Below are positions 1 to 8,073 of a stretch of DNA of 36,057 nucleotides, piece by piece. The DNA lies in IMG/VR virus record IMGVR_UViG_3300022930_000022, positions 1 to 36,057 of that record, one strand, 5' to 3'. Every line of letters begins with the position of its first letter. Positions within the stretch are counted from its first letter, which is position 1. The notes below the pieces were generated by a model. The model ran no database searches. It worked only from the letters and a program-made list of their open reading frames with translations, and was not told the DNA's origin. Position numbers and translations under genes: made by a program. The stretch is from a virus (taxonomy: Duplodnaviria > Caudoviricetes).

Positions 1-72
1 CTGCGCTGAATCCTGGTAATGCTGATATATAAAACGTTTCTGATGTTCGGTTGTATTTACTCCGTTTGCCAT
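1..72 (-). CDS. 5' part of a hypothetical protein running off the window (MANGVNTTEHQKRFIYQHYQDSAQ...)
   Basis: ATG at 72-70 after an A-rich leader; frame open to the window edge; same strand as upstream genes. Confidence 0.55.
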   Translation of the reverse strand, partial: MANGVNTTEHQKRFIYQHYQDSAQ

Positions 73-159
73 ATGCTTTTTTCTACAAGAGGCAGCACCA
101 TTGCCGCCCCTGTTCGCAGTAGATTTGATTGTTGCTATTCACCCTGCAACGGATAGGGT

Positions 160-810
160 TTAAAAATCTAGTATAGACAAATGAGCTAATATACTCACTT
201 CTAAAGCATCGTGTTTTTTTTTCGATACTTCCACCCAATCAGAAACAGTTTTTAGCACAGGACGGCTATTTGTACCTAAATTCACTATGCTATCCCTAGT
301 AATTGATTTAACATACATAGGGTATTTACTTTCAGGTCTAAATGATAGAAAATATTTGCGTTCTAATGTAGGGTTTACCGTGAATGAATGCACGCACTGA
401 GGCAGATATTCTAAAGGTATTTCGCCACATAATAAGTTTGCTGTATGCTTTTTTCTGGAAGGGCATTTTATCTCGCATTCAAAACGTAAATCTTCTGTTA
501 TGCCATCTGGAGATATACCAAGCATTGTATGTGATTCTGATTGCAGCCAGCCGCATTCTAAAAAGCCAAGACCAGTATATTCAGATAAGGCAACCCTAGC
601 CATTGGCTCTAATTCCGCCCCCCTCTGCATTTCTTCTGATGCGTAACCATCTTTAGGTGCTTCAAAAGGTTCTAAGCGAGTAGAGATTAATTCCTCAAGC
701 AATGCGCCACTATCAATCATTAGCTGCTTAGAAGTAGTACCCCCGATCTTGCCATACCTTGCCTCAAACCAATCTAACGAACCTTGTATTATATCCCACC
801 GTGCGATCAT
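160..810 (-). CDS. YqaJ-like / lambda-exonuclease family viral recombination nuclease
   Basis: Motifs QGSLDWFEAR, MQRGAELEPMAR, GISPDG, ECEIKCP and YLPQ match the PD-(D/E)XK YqaJ pattern. Confidence 0.9.
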   Translation of the reverse strand: MIARWDIIQGSLDWFEARYGKIGGTTSKQLMIDSGALLEELISTRLEPFEAPKDGYASEEMQRGAELEPMARVALSEYTGLGFLECGWLQSESHTMLGISPDGITEDLRFECEIKCPSRKKHTANLLCGEIPLEYLPQCVHSFTVNPTLERKYFLSFRPESKYPMYVKSITRDSIVNLGTNSRPVLKTVSDWVEVSKKKHDALEVSILAHLSILDF

Positions 811-1346
811 TATGATTTAGCTTTAAGTTTACCTTTCAATTCCTCTTTTTTAGCCAACACAGTAGGTAACTTTTTTTCCTCTAATGTTAGTCCGCTCCAG
901 GTAGCCGTAAGATCTTCCAGGTTTTCGCATTTACCTAGCTTCTCTAATGCTGATACGTCCGTTACCGTTGCAGGAGCGTAATACTTTTTAAACCTGGCTA
1001 CAAACCCATGACGTTTATCAGGCATAGCATAAAGAACTAAAGGCTTATCTAGCCAATGTTCCATAAATTCAGATTTAAACTCATTTATGCAGAATACCGC
1101 ATTAGTCTTGTTTAATATCAATGGCTTATAAAGAGGCTTGCCAGTAGGATATTCTCTTAAAAAGAACCCAGACTTAGTTACTTTTTGTTGAGTAGTTTGA
1201 TCGAACGTTTCTTTATCCTCAAACTTAGCTATAGTTACAATCATTTCGGGTAATAGCCCTTTACCGATTGCAACACCATTTCTTAAATCGTCGCCGCTAA
1301 TGTAGCGAGGATCGTTGTTCTTTTTCCAATGTGTTAAATTTTCCAT
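810..1346 (-). CDS. Putative ssDNA-binding/annealing partner of the exonuclease
   Basis: Its stop overlaps the YqaJ start; HWKK..DPRY and LILNKTN...W pattern recalled from phage proteins next to recombination nucleases; function inferred from context. Confidence 0.5.
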   Translation of the reverse strand: MENLTHWKKNNDPRYISGDDLRNGVAIGKGLLPEMIVTIAKFEDKETFDQTTQQKVTKSGFFLREYPTGKPLYKPLILNKTNAVFCINEFKSEFMEHWLDKPLVLYAMPDKRHGFVARFKKYYAPATVTDVSALEKLGKCENLEDLTATWSGLTLEEKKLPTVLAKKEELKGKLKAKS

Positions 1347-1400
1347 ATTATTTTATTTGAGTGGCTGTTTCGCTTAATCGCAGGGACGCACCTTTTTATA

Positions 1401-2471
1401 CTATACTAATTTCTTAGACTCGTTAATGATTATACCCCTAACAAGTGCTAAAGATTCTTTAACCTTAACAGATAACTCAATACCTAATTCACTTGTAAGT
1501 TCTGGGAATTCATTTCTTAAGGCGTCGAATTTAACAAAGAACGCTTTAACTTTCTCTTTATCTGGGGCAAGTAAAGCAGCCTTTTCTTTGGCTAATTTAT
1601 CTGCTTCTTCTGCTTCAATTCTAGCTTTTTCTTGTTCTTGAGCTAATTTTTCAGCATCTTGTTTAGCCTTTAGTTCTGCTTGTAGTTTATCAGCCTTAGC
1701 CTTTTCTTCCGCTGCTATTTTAGCTAGTCTTTCAGATTCAGCTTTAGCAATAGCATCTTTTTTAGCCTGTTCTTCTGCTAACTTTTTTTGTTCAACTTGT
1801 AGTTTGTCTGATTCCTCTTTTAGCCTGATATTTTCTAAACGTTGCGCCTCAATCCTTTCAGCCTCTAAACGCTCTTTTTCTAACCTCTCTAATTCCGCTT
1901 TTTTCTCCGCTTCGATTCGATCTAATTCAGCTTGTTTTTCTTGCACTAATCTTGTTTCAAATGCCAGTTTTTCATTAGCTAAATACTTTTCGAAAGTTGG
2001 TTGATCCATTGCTTTTAAATCAACGAACTGATTAACTTCTCCATAAGGCTCAAGTAATAAAACTCTTTCTTGTCGGATAGCCTCTAAACGTTCAGACTCT
2101 ATGCGCTCTTGATGTTTTTCAATTGCCATGAATTCTGACTCAGTTAAAGCGCAAGTGTTTTTAACTACGTTATAAAGATCCTGAATAAGATTAGATTCAA
2201 TAAGTAGTATCGCTTTGCGATCATCTTTGACCGCATCCGATCCTGTTCTGATTTTAACCATTTTTAGCCTCGCCTCACGTGCTTTTTTTGCGTGTTCAGG
2301 TGTTGGATTAACTTTATCTAAATCAGTCAGTACAGAAGCTAATTCGTGGTAATCTTTCATTAAAGGAGCAAATGCCATGGCGTGTGCCTGAGCCTTAGTA
2401 AGCTCTACTTTTGATTTTTGAACTACACCCGTTAACTCTGGTTGTTCAACGATTTTCAATTCTTTATTCAT
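1401..2471 (-). CDS. Long coiled-coil E/K/A-rich hypothetical protein
   Basis: 356 aa ORF with a long charged heptad-like central region. Confidence 0.8.
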   Translation of the reverse strand: MNKELKIVEQPELTGVVQKSKVELTKAQAHAMAFAPLMKDYHELASVLTDLDKVNPTPEHAKKAREARLKMVKIRTGSDAVKDDRKAILLIESNLIQDLYNVVKNTCALTESEFMAIEKHQERIESERLEAIRQERVLLLEPYGEVNQFVDLKAMDQPTFEKYLANEKLAFETRLVQEKQAELDRIEAEKKAELERLEKERLEAERIEAQRLENIRLKEESDKLQVEQKKLAEEQAKKDAIAKAESERLAKIAAEEKAKADKLQAELKAKQDAEKLAQEQEKARIEAEEADKLAKEKAALLAPDKEKVKAFFVKFDALRNEFPELTSELGIELSVKVKESLALVRGIIINESKKLV

Positions 2472-2538
2472 AGTCTTTTTTATTTTTTTTGATGATGCAA
2501 TTTACCTATTATCCAACGGATCAAACGTCACATTGTCG

Positions 2539-2685
2539 TTACTCATACCCGCCTGATTTCACTACCTCAATCAGCCCTAAATAATCAGCAGCGATTAATA
2601 CTAGCATGAATACCAGACCAAGAACGAACCATTGAACAACAGGCCATACCGTTTGCTTAGGTTCTTGGTTTATTTCGTTTTTCAT
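2539..2685 (-). CDS. Small single-TM protein (48 aa, MKNEINQEPKQTVWPVVQWFVLGLVFMLVLIAADYLG...)
   Basis: Read manually; ATG 3 nt after the upstream stop; hydrophobic core. Confidence 0.65.
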   Translation of the reverse strand: MKNEINQEPKQTVWPVVQWFVLGLVFMLVLIAADYLGLIEVVKSGGYE

Positions 2686-2688
2686 ATC

Positions 2689-2880
2689 CTATCCCTCATA
2701 TTTACTCCAACCATCTTGCGCCCAATCCTTACTGCCAACCCAATCACTCCAGAATATTTTAACTCCATCTTCAAAGATCACTTGGTTACCTTGCATTGTC
2801 AGATATTCATTATCTAAAAAGTATTCGTGGGTCATTTTGGTGCCTTGCCTTGCAAGTACTTTCATTTCATTTGCTGTCAC
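2689..2880 (-). CDS. Hypothetical protein
   Basis: GTGA start/stop overlap with the upstream gene. Confidence 0.7.
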   Translation of the reverse strand: MTANEMKVLARQGTKMTHEYFLDNEYLTMQGNQVIFEDGVKIFWSDWVGSKDWAQDGWSKYEG

Positions 2881-3059
2881 GACTCAGCCCCTCCCATCAC
2901 CTTTAAAATAATATTCCTGCATTCTTGGTAGGCTATTTCACGGGATAGCGCCATTAACTTTTCTTCTGGATCATTAGTTAGCTTGCTTATTTTGCTAGTG
3001 CTTAATTGCATGCTTGCTATCTCCGTATCGATAGCGTTTAGGGTTTCTTTAGTTGTCAT
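2877..3059 (-). CDS. Hypothetical protein
   Basis: Tightly packed, overlapping both neighbours. Confidence 0.7.
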   Translation of the reverse strand: MTTKETLNAIDTEIASMQLSTSKISKLTNDPEEKLMALSREIAYQECRNIILKVMGGAES

Positions 3060-3327
3060 TTTTATTTTCTATTAAAATGTTAAGATCTATTAATTCTGGT
3101 AGAGAAGTTACGTCGTGGCCAAATTCTTCTAGAAATTGATGGAACTGAAACTGAAAATATCCTTCTGTATCTTCTTTGCATTTAAAATAAGCTATATCTC
3201 TGATCGGTATCAATCCGTTTGTTTGTAGGGATAATAATTCTGTAGTATTAACCATTTTTTCATAGCCATTAGGTTTTATTTTGACCTTTATATATTGATT
3301 AAGGTTGAACGATATGTACTTACCCAC
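3049..3327 (-). CDS. Hypothetical protein (likely GTG start at 3327, MGKYISFNLN...)
   Basis: GTG overlaps the end of the upstream gene; the longer ORF-track start (3396) lies deep inside that gene. Confidence 0.7.
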   Translation of the reverse strand: MGKYISFNLNQYIKVKIKPNGYEKMVNTTELLSLQTNGLIPIRDIAYFKCKEDTEGYFQFQFHQFLEEFGHDVTSLPELIDLNILIENKNDN

Positions 3328-3652
3328 AATGCACCTCACTTTCCACCGCATAAACATCCATAAAATAATCACGTGTAGCCGACTCAAAGTTATCATCTAA
3401 CCATTTAAGTGAATCGCATTCGTGAGGCAACATATCCTCTGGAACGTGTATGTTTTTAGCTTCGATCCATTTAAGGACTGTTGAGACTAGGAGGGAAGTG
3501 CATAGTTCGCCTGTTGTATAGTACCATTCGATTGAATCATCTTCGAATACACAATCTGCATTATCTAAATTACAGCCCCTATAGTTACTTGCCAGTGATG
3601 TGCTATCGAAGTCGATAGTATCGGGATTGATTGATTTGTGTTTTGTTGACAT
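3320..3652 (-). CDS. Acidic hypothetical protein
   Basis: 110 aa ORF, first gene of the leftward early unit. Confidence 0.75.
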   Translation of the reverse strand: MSTKHKSINPDTIDFDSTSLASNYRGCNLDNADCVFEDDSIEWYYTTGELCTSLLVSTVLKWIEAKNIHVPEDMLPHECDSLKWLDDNFESATRDYFMDVYAVESEVHCG

Positions 3653-3833
3653 AATTTCTATTTTTTTACAGTTAATAAGCTTTTCAGTTCAGCTATAATA
3701 ATCGTTTTTAATAATCGCTCAGATGGATTCGTTAATGATTCGGCCTCTAGTTCTGCGATTCGTTGTAAGATTAATTTTCTCATGGTTTATATCGTTTTGA
3801 TGATACAATAGTACGGAGTCTAAAGTTATGATG

Positions 3834-3910
3834 CAAATTTATTTTAATATTTATTTCTAAAATTATTTTTAATATTATTCTTGCATATATAATAAGTTGT
3901 TGTATATTTG
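3834..3910. promoter_or_regulatory. Divergent Bacteroidota-type promoters: leftward TAAATTTG (3841-3834) and rightward TTG-N19-TATATTTG (-7 box 3903-3910)
   Basis: Exact TANNTTTG matches in an AT-rich gap between divergent gene sets. Confidence 0.7.
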
Positions 3911-3929
3911 AATAAGCAAAACGAAAAAC

Positions 3930-4142
3930 ATGAAAACTTACACTATCAAAAACTACAGCGGTCAAAAAACATTAATAGTTAACGATTTAATTAATGCAGA
4001 TGTTAAATCTTTATATAAACAAGCTATATCTAAAAGTATTGCTTTTGCAGTTAAACAAGAAATAGGAATACAAATATGGGGTTTATTGAAAGTAGCATCT
4101 TATTTAGGCGTTCAAGATTCAAGCAAGCTATTCAATGACTAA
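3930..4142 (+). CDS. Hypothetical protein
   Basis: First ORF after the rightward promoter. Confidence 0.75.
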   Translation: MKTYTIKNYSGQKTLIVNDLINADVKSLYKQAISKSIAFAVKQEIGIQIWGLLKVASYLGVQDSSKLFND

Positions 4143-4353
4143 AATATTTAATGTGATTGATGGAGGAATAGTTCCTCCTCAATCTATAGATGGGGCTGCT
4201 ATTGCTCATCAATGCTCTGATATGTTTATGAGTAAAATAATAACTACTGGAGGTAATGAAGTTTTTTCTGTATGTAGATATGACTTTAGAGATAAAAAAT
4301 GGCGATCTCCTGTATCAGGATTAAGACAAGTTTTAGAATATTATACAACATAA
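4135..4353 (+). CDS. Hypothetical protein
   Basis: Overlaps the upstream stop. Confidence 0.7.
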   Translation: MTKIFNVIDGGIVPPQSIDGAAIAHQCSDMFMSKIITTGGNEVFSVCRYDFRDKKWRSPVSGLRQVLEYYTT

Positions 4354-4357
4354 AATA

Positions 4358-4534
4358 ATGAGTAAACCAATTATATCAGAAAAGAAACAGCAACGACTTG
4401 ATAAGTACGCTGATTTGAAAGAAACCTTTAAAGGGTACTTAAAACAAGGCGGTCAAAGAACTGCAATTATTAAACATATGGCTAAACAATTACAAGTAAG
4501 TTCTGCCACTATATATAAAGCACTTAAGAAATGA
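4358..4534 (+). CDS. Small basic helix-turn-helix DNA-binding protein (58 aa)
   Basis: Read manually; C-terminal IIKHMAKQLQVSSATIYKALKK fits the HTH pattern. Confidence 0.7.
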   Translation: MSKPIISEKKQQRLDKYADLKETFKGYLKQGGQRTAIIKHMAKQLQVSSATIYKALKK

Positions 4535-4614
4535 AACCACTACTAATATCCATAACCCTACTAACCATATTCGTATGTATTGCGGTGTGGATGTATAATT
4601 ATACGAACGTATGA
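4531..4614 (+). CDS. Small membrane peptide (27 aa, MKPLLISITLLTIFVCIAVWMYNYTNV)
   Basis: ATGA overlaps at both ends; hydrophobic. Confidence 0.6.
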   Translation: MKPLLISITLLTIFVCIAVWMYNYTNV

Positions 4615-4811
4615 AAAAGCTATACTACCAAGTTTCAGATAACTATGATTTATCAAATGTTATCATGAATCATAAAACCCTAATTGATCACATGGATTGT
4701 GTTTTTACAGATGACAAGTCATTACCTAAACACGAAAAGCACATATTTACTATAGAGCCTAAATGGCTTAGTGACTATCAATTCAATAAACTAAAAGAAG
4801 CTGATTTTTAA
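4611..4811 (+). CDS. Hypothetical protein
   Basis: ATGA coupling to the upstream gene. Confidence 0.7.
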   Translation: MKKLYYQVSDNYDLSNVIMNHKTLIDHMDCVFTDDKSLPKHEKHIFTIEPKWLSDYQFNKLKEADF

Positions 4812-4812
4812 A

Positions 4813-4932
4813 ATGACCAGAACCCAATTAGCAACACTCCGAGACTTAAAAGTTTCCGAGGCGATAAAACAAATGGCTGTTAAGGCCGTGCATGACTGGA
4901 ATGGTAGAAATTTAAATTGGATTTTAAGATGA
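4813..4932 (+). CDS. Small hypothetical protein (39 aa, MTRTQLATLRDLK...)
   Basis: Fills the gap exactly; ATGA overlap with the next gene. Confidence 0.6.
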   Translation: MTRTQLATLRDLKVSEAIKQMAVKAVHDWNGRNLNWILR

Positions 4933-5141
4933 CAAAGCAAGAAAAAATTAAACAAATTTGGAGTGAATCTGTAAAAGTTCAATTCAATCAGATTGAAAAA
5001 GGAATCGACAATGAAGGTTGGTATTCTAATGAAAGGAATGATGCATGGATGCCTATGGCTGCGATAATAGACTGGAGCCAAATGGAATTTAAAAATAATA
5101 GAACTGAAATAAGACCATTAAAACTAAAAGACAATGGGTGA
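4929..5141 (+). CDS. Hypothetical protein (start MTKQEKIK)
   Basis: ATGA-coupled start preferred over the TTG at 4917. Confidence 0.7.
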   Translation: MTKQEKIKQIWSESVKVQFNQIEKGIDNEGWYSNERNDAWMPMAAIIDWSQMEFKNNRTEIRPLKLKDNG

Positions 5142-5241
5142 TATGGGGGACGAAATAGCAGGATCTTTACTTAAGGGCTGTCTAAAAATAGCAATAATAT
5201 TAGGGGTTATTTTTTTATTGATCTATTGGGCGTTTACTTAA
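5134..5241 (+). CDS. Small membrane peptide (35 aa)
   Basis: MGDMGDEIAGSLLKGCLKIAIILGVIFLLIYWAFT; overlaps the upstream stop. Confidence 0.55.
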   Translation: MGDMGDEIAGSLLKGCLKIAIILGVIFLLIYWAFT

Positions 5242-5318
5242 ACCCTAGTCAACAACTTAACCCATCCAAAAATCAACACTAACAAGTACACCGCTAACAA
5301 TACATCACAAAACCTCAT
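5238..5318 (-). CDS. Small membrane peptide at the end of the lysis cassette (26 aa)
   Basis: MRFCDVLLAVYLLVLIFGWVKLLTRV; shares TTAA with the stop of the convergent plus gene. Confidence 0.45.
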   Translation of the reverse strand: MRFCDVLLAVYLLVLIFGWVKLLTRV

Positions 5319-5484
5319 CCTCTTTCAATTCTTCAACAGTCCATTTATCTTTAAGCATATTAAATAGAGCCGTAACCAATCGGCCTATTATTGCTTTTAT
5401 CAGTAAACCGAGTATACCCCTGGCTTCTGATTTAATTGTTTCTTTAATGTCGTCTTGTAGCTCAAGTGCTCGTCTGCGTCTCAT
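5305..5484 (-). CDS. 59 aa protein with an amphipathic helix, downstream of the holin
   Basis: ATGA overlap with the holin stop; GILGLLIKAIIGRLVTALFNMLKDKW segment. Confidence 0.65.
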   Translation of the reverse strand: MRRRRALELQDDIKETIKSEARGILGLLIKAIIGRLVTALFNMLKDKWTVEELKEDEVL

Positions 5485-5759
5485 AACTGTTCTTTTATCG
5501 TTTTAGCTACATCTACCGCCTTGTCTGTAGTTGTCGGAACAATTACCTTGCTAGGCTCTACAAAATTCTTAGAAAGATACGTTAAGAACGAAATAATAGC
5601 AACGTTCAAAATTGACTTCCAGCTGATTGTAAAATCACCAGCATTCAATGACTGGATCAATACCGTAAACACAGGAGAAATAGCCGCTACTATCCCGCCT
5701 CTAAGTAAATCCCGTAAATTTAAAGTCCATTGGGTTGAGACTATTGCTTTTTGTTCCAT
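5481..5759 (-). CDS. Putative holin (2 TM)
   Basis: 92 aa, two hydrophobic helices, hydrophilic C-terminal tail, close to the endolysin. Confidence 0.75.
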   Translation of the reverse strand: MEQKAIVSTQWTLNLRDLLRGGIVAAISPVFTVLIQSLNAGDFTISWKSILNVAIISFLTYLSKNFVEPSKVIVPTTTDKAVDVAKTIKEQL

Positions 5760-5763
5760 ATCT

Positions 5764-6027
5764 CTATTTTTTTAATGGTTTATATTCTTTAACCTGATCA
5801 CACATATAATCTCCCTCAAAAGTGGCTACACCATCAGACATAGCCTTATCTATACAGTAGTCGCATATTGCAATTAAGTGCATGTTGCCGTCTAACTTAG
5901 ATCCATAACCCATATGTATTTTCTCTATAGTTCCATTTCTATGCATCCCCTTTTCTGGGCTTTCTGGTTTAAAGGATGGGTCACATTCGCTTATTACGTA
6001 ACGGCAGGCGATACATTTGAATTCCAT
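5764..6027 (-). CDS. Small Zn-binding hypothetical protein
   Basis: CIAC and CDYC motifs. Confidence 0.65.
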   Translation of the reverse strand: MEFKCIACRYVISECDPSFKPESPEKGMHRNGTIEKIHMGYGSKLDGNMHLIAICDYCIDKAMSDGVATFEGDYMCDQVKEYKPLKK

Positions 6028-6125
6028 ATCTCTATTTGTTCTTGTAAATATTTATCATACTCCGTTTTGTTCTTGAAACTCGATAGGTAACGTATTGATT
6101 GCCAAAATGATTCGGGTAGATCCAT
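5994..6125 (-). CDS. Small hypothetical protein (43 aa, MDLPESFWQ...)
   Basis: ATG overlaps the endolysin TAA. Confidence 0.45.
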   Translation of the reverse strand: MDLPESFWQSIRYLSSFKNKTEYDKYLQEQIEIWNSNVSPAVT

Positions 6126-6574
6126 TAGGCTAACTCTATGTGAGGAAGATCCTGAAACGTTCGCCAACTCCCGCCCCAAACAACAGCCACCCCTAAACAT
6201 TTAGCCGTAGCCACGATATGAGCAGCGATAACTTTAAACTCATTGGTAGCGTTCCAATCCATTTTACCGTTAATGTAGGGGCAAAAATCTATTGCATGAC
6301 CGTATCCATCAGATTTAACTTGATGATTAGATTTGTTCGTCGTTCCATTTTTCTGAGTAACGATATTCCCTAAAGGCTTCTTATTCGATTTACCATCTGG
6401 ATTAACTACAGTACGGCCCAACGCATATAACCGCTTCTGTTCCTCAGTAGAACGAACACCATAAACGATTGAGAAATCAACATGACTTTCTTTGATTGAT
6501 TCTTTAATGACTTTCACTAAATCAGGGTGTACGCCTTTCAGTTTATCTAGGCTACCTTTTCCGAGTACTGGCAT
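6125..6574 (-). CDS. Endolysin, peptidase M15 (L-Ala-D-Glu) family
   Basis: GVHPDL, GVRS..EQ, SNH...GHAIDF and WGGSW..FQDLPHIEL Zn-peptidase motifs. Confidence 0.92.
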   Translation of the reverse strand: MPVLGKGSLDKLKGVHPDLVKVIKESIKESHVDFSIVYGVRSTEEQKRLYALGRTVVNPDGKSNKKPLGNIVTQKNGTTNKSNHQVKSDGYGHAIDFCPYINGKMDWNATNEFKVIAAHIVATAKCLGVAVVWGGSWRTFQDLPHIELA

Positions 6575-6590
6575 ATGATTTTGTTTTAGT

Positions 6591-6598
6591 GCAAGTTA
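6591..6598 (-). promoter_or_regulatory. Candidate -7 box (TAACTTGC) for the endolysin
   Basis: TANNTTGC variant 16 nt before the ATG; the same octamer precedes the gene starting at 26149. Confidence 0.4.
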
Positions 6599-6603
6599 GC
6601 TAT

Positions 6604-6951
6604 TTAACTTTTAAAAAACCAATTATGAACCCTTTCAGAAGCAATCCACAATAACAAACTAATGAATATAGATGCCTCAGGTCGAACAAACATTTGATTC
6701 TGCCTAAATGGTTCTATCAATAATAATATGGTCGCACACAAGGCTATAATCAGCAATATGCACCAATGATATATTTTATTCGAACGCAACCATTGTTTGT
6801 AAACAAAATTAGACCTGAACCATGCGTTTATTGTTAGATAGTAAATCCCATGCCCTTGAAACTTAGCTCCAGAAACATATCTGGTAGTGATAAAAACTAT
6901 GCGCATCATCACACATATTAATAGAAAACCTGAAATTTGCGCTATTGTCAT
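6604..6951 (-). CDS. Multi-TM membrane protein
   Basis: About three hydrophobic segments; ATGA coupling. Confidence 0.7.
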   Translation of the reverse strand: MTIAQISGFLLICVMMRIVFITTRYVSGAKFQGHGIYYLTINAWFRSNFVYKQWLRSNKIYHWCILLIIALCATILLLIEPFRQNQMFVRPEASIFISLLLWIASERVHNWFFKS

Positions 6952-7376
6952 AAGTTATCTCCCTCCGTTGGCGTAGTTGTCGCCTTTTCAGTCGCAAGAA
7001 ACTTGCCTAACTTTACCCGAACCCATTCTTTTAATCCTAATTCGAAAATAACTTCAAACTGGCTAACCATAAAAACGCTGAATAAGGAGTTGACGAATAA
7101 ATAAACCTCGAATCCTTTATTATAGTTCAAAAAAGTGTTCCATATTAAGATCATAAAGAACGACCATGATATAGTGTAAATGCTTTGAATGAGCAAAGAA
7201 GATTTAGTGAGCCTATGTTTTTTATGCTCCATACCTAACCTCAATACAAATGCCAGGGCAACGCATAAAGAATACCATGCCCATACTAAAGGCTCGAAAG
7301 TTGAGAACGGCAATAACACCGCATTTATTAGCATGAAATCAGCAAAGGCTAAAACAGATTTACTTACCACATTCAT
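6948..7376 (-). CDS. Multi-TM membrane protein (holin/antiholin-like candidate)
   Basis: Three to four hydrophobic segments, polar C-terminal tail, upstream of the endolysin. Confidence 0.7.
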   Translation of the reverse strand: MNVVSKSVLAFADFMLINAVLLPFSTFEPLVWAWYSLCVALAFVLRLGMEHKKHRLTKSSLLIQSIYTISWSFFMILIWNTFLNYNKGFEVYLFVNSLFSVFMVSQFEVIFELGLKEWVRVKLGKFLATEKATTTPTEGDNL

Positions 7377-7711
7377 ACTTTTTTAAATGAACAATGTAAT
7401 ATTACTATAGCAAAACTTATGCTAGTAAATATATTAAAAAGATCGGTATGGTACAAGATCCAGCCTTTACCCATAAAAATACAGTAGGCGGTATAAATGA
7501 ACCTAAATAGGGATAAGAAAACGCAGTATTGAAAAAATATACTTTCCTTATATGTAGTTTCTGTTTGACTGATCTGGAAGTAACAAAGCAAGCATATAAA
7601 CAATAGCAAAGTACCCATATTGAATAGCTGTAAATAAACAGTACTTTCATATGGATACCATGCGTAAAGAATGGTGAACAAGCAGTATAAAAAGCAAGCA
7701 GCTATTTTCAC
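7373..7711 (-). CDS. Multi-TM membrane protein
   Basis: Four hydrophobic segments; GTG start directly after the upstream stop. Confidence 0.7.
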   Translation of the reverse strand: MKIAACFLYCLFTILYAWYPYESTVYLQLFNMGTLLLFICLLCYFQISQTETTYKESIFFQYCVFLSLFRFIYTAYCIFMGKGWILYHTDLFNIFTSISFAIVILHCSFKKV

Positions 7712-7843
7712 TTACTTTTTCTTAGTCTTTTTTGTTGATTTTGCAGGCGGTTTAATAGGGTCTACTGTTCCTGTATTTGGAACACATCTATTTATAGAAG
7801 AATCCCATCTGTAACCTGTAGGACAATTGTGAGTATCTGGCAT
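7712..7843 (-). CDS. 43 aa Cys-pair peptide with a Lys-rich tail
   Basis: MPDTHNCPTGYRWDSSINRCVPNTGTVDPIKPPAKSTKKTKKK; abuts the next gene; TATCTTTA box upstream (7874-7867). Confidence 0.65.
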   Translation of the reverse strand: MPDTHNCPTGYRWDSSINRCVPNTGTVDPIKPPAKSTKKTKKK

Positions 7844-7889
7844 AATAATATTTTTTTAGTTCGTCCTAAAGATAGGAAATATTTCTTTG

Positions 7890-7907
7890 TGTAACATATC
7901 GGATACA
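7890..7907. promoter_or_regulatory. Dyad operator-like site TGTAACA-TATC-GGATACA
   Basis: Copy of the recurrent TGTAACA-N4-TGTTACA motif, between the lysis unit and the RNA cluster. Confidence 0.55.
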
Positions 7908-8002
7908 AACTTTGTGCTACCAAATACTTTTCTCACCTTTATACCAGAGCGTTTAATTTAAGTAGATCGTAGCTACTATGGAGTTAGAGTTTCGATAAGG
8001 TT

Positions 8003-8072
8003 TACACGGTAGCTCAGTTGGTAGAGCGGGCTTAACAAAGCTAGGTCGGGGATTCGAGTTCCTCCTGTGTAG
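8003..8072 (+). tRNA. tRNA-like gene with a shortened anticodon arm (isotype undetermined)
   Basis: Acceptor TACACGG/CTGTGTA, D arm GCTC-AGTTGGTA-GAGC, T arm GGGGA-TTCGAGT-TCCTC; anticodon arm GGCTTAACAAAGCT is 14 nt instead of 17; no encoded CCA. Confidence 0.8.
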
Positions 8073-8073
8073 C

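Noticed and set aside
1371-1380. CGCTTAATCG repeated at 16871-16880
   Set aside because: A single 10-mer repeat is expected by chance in 36 kb, and the flanks do not extend the match.
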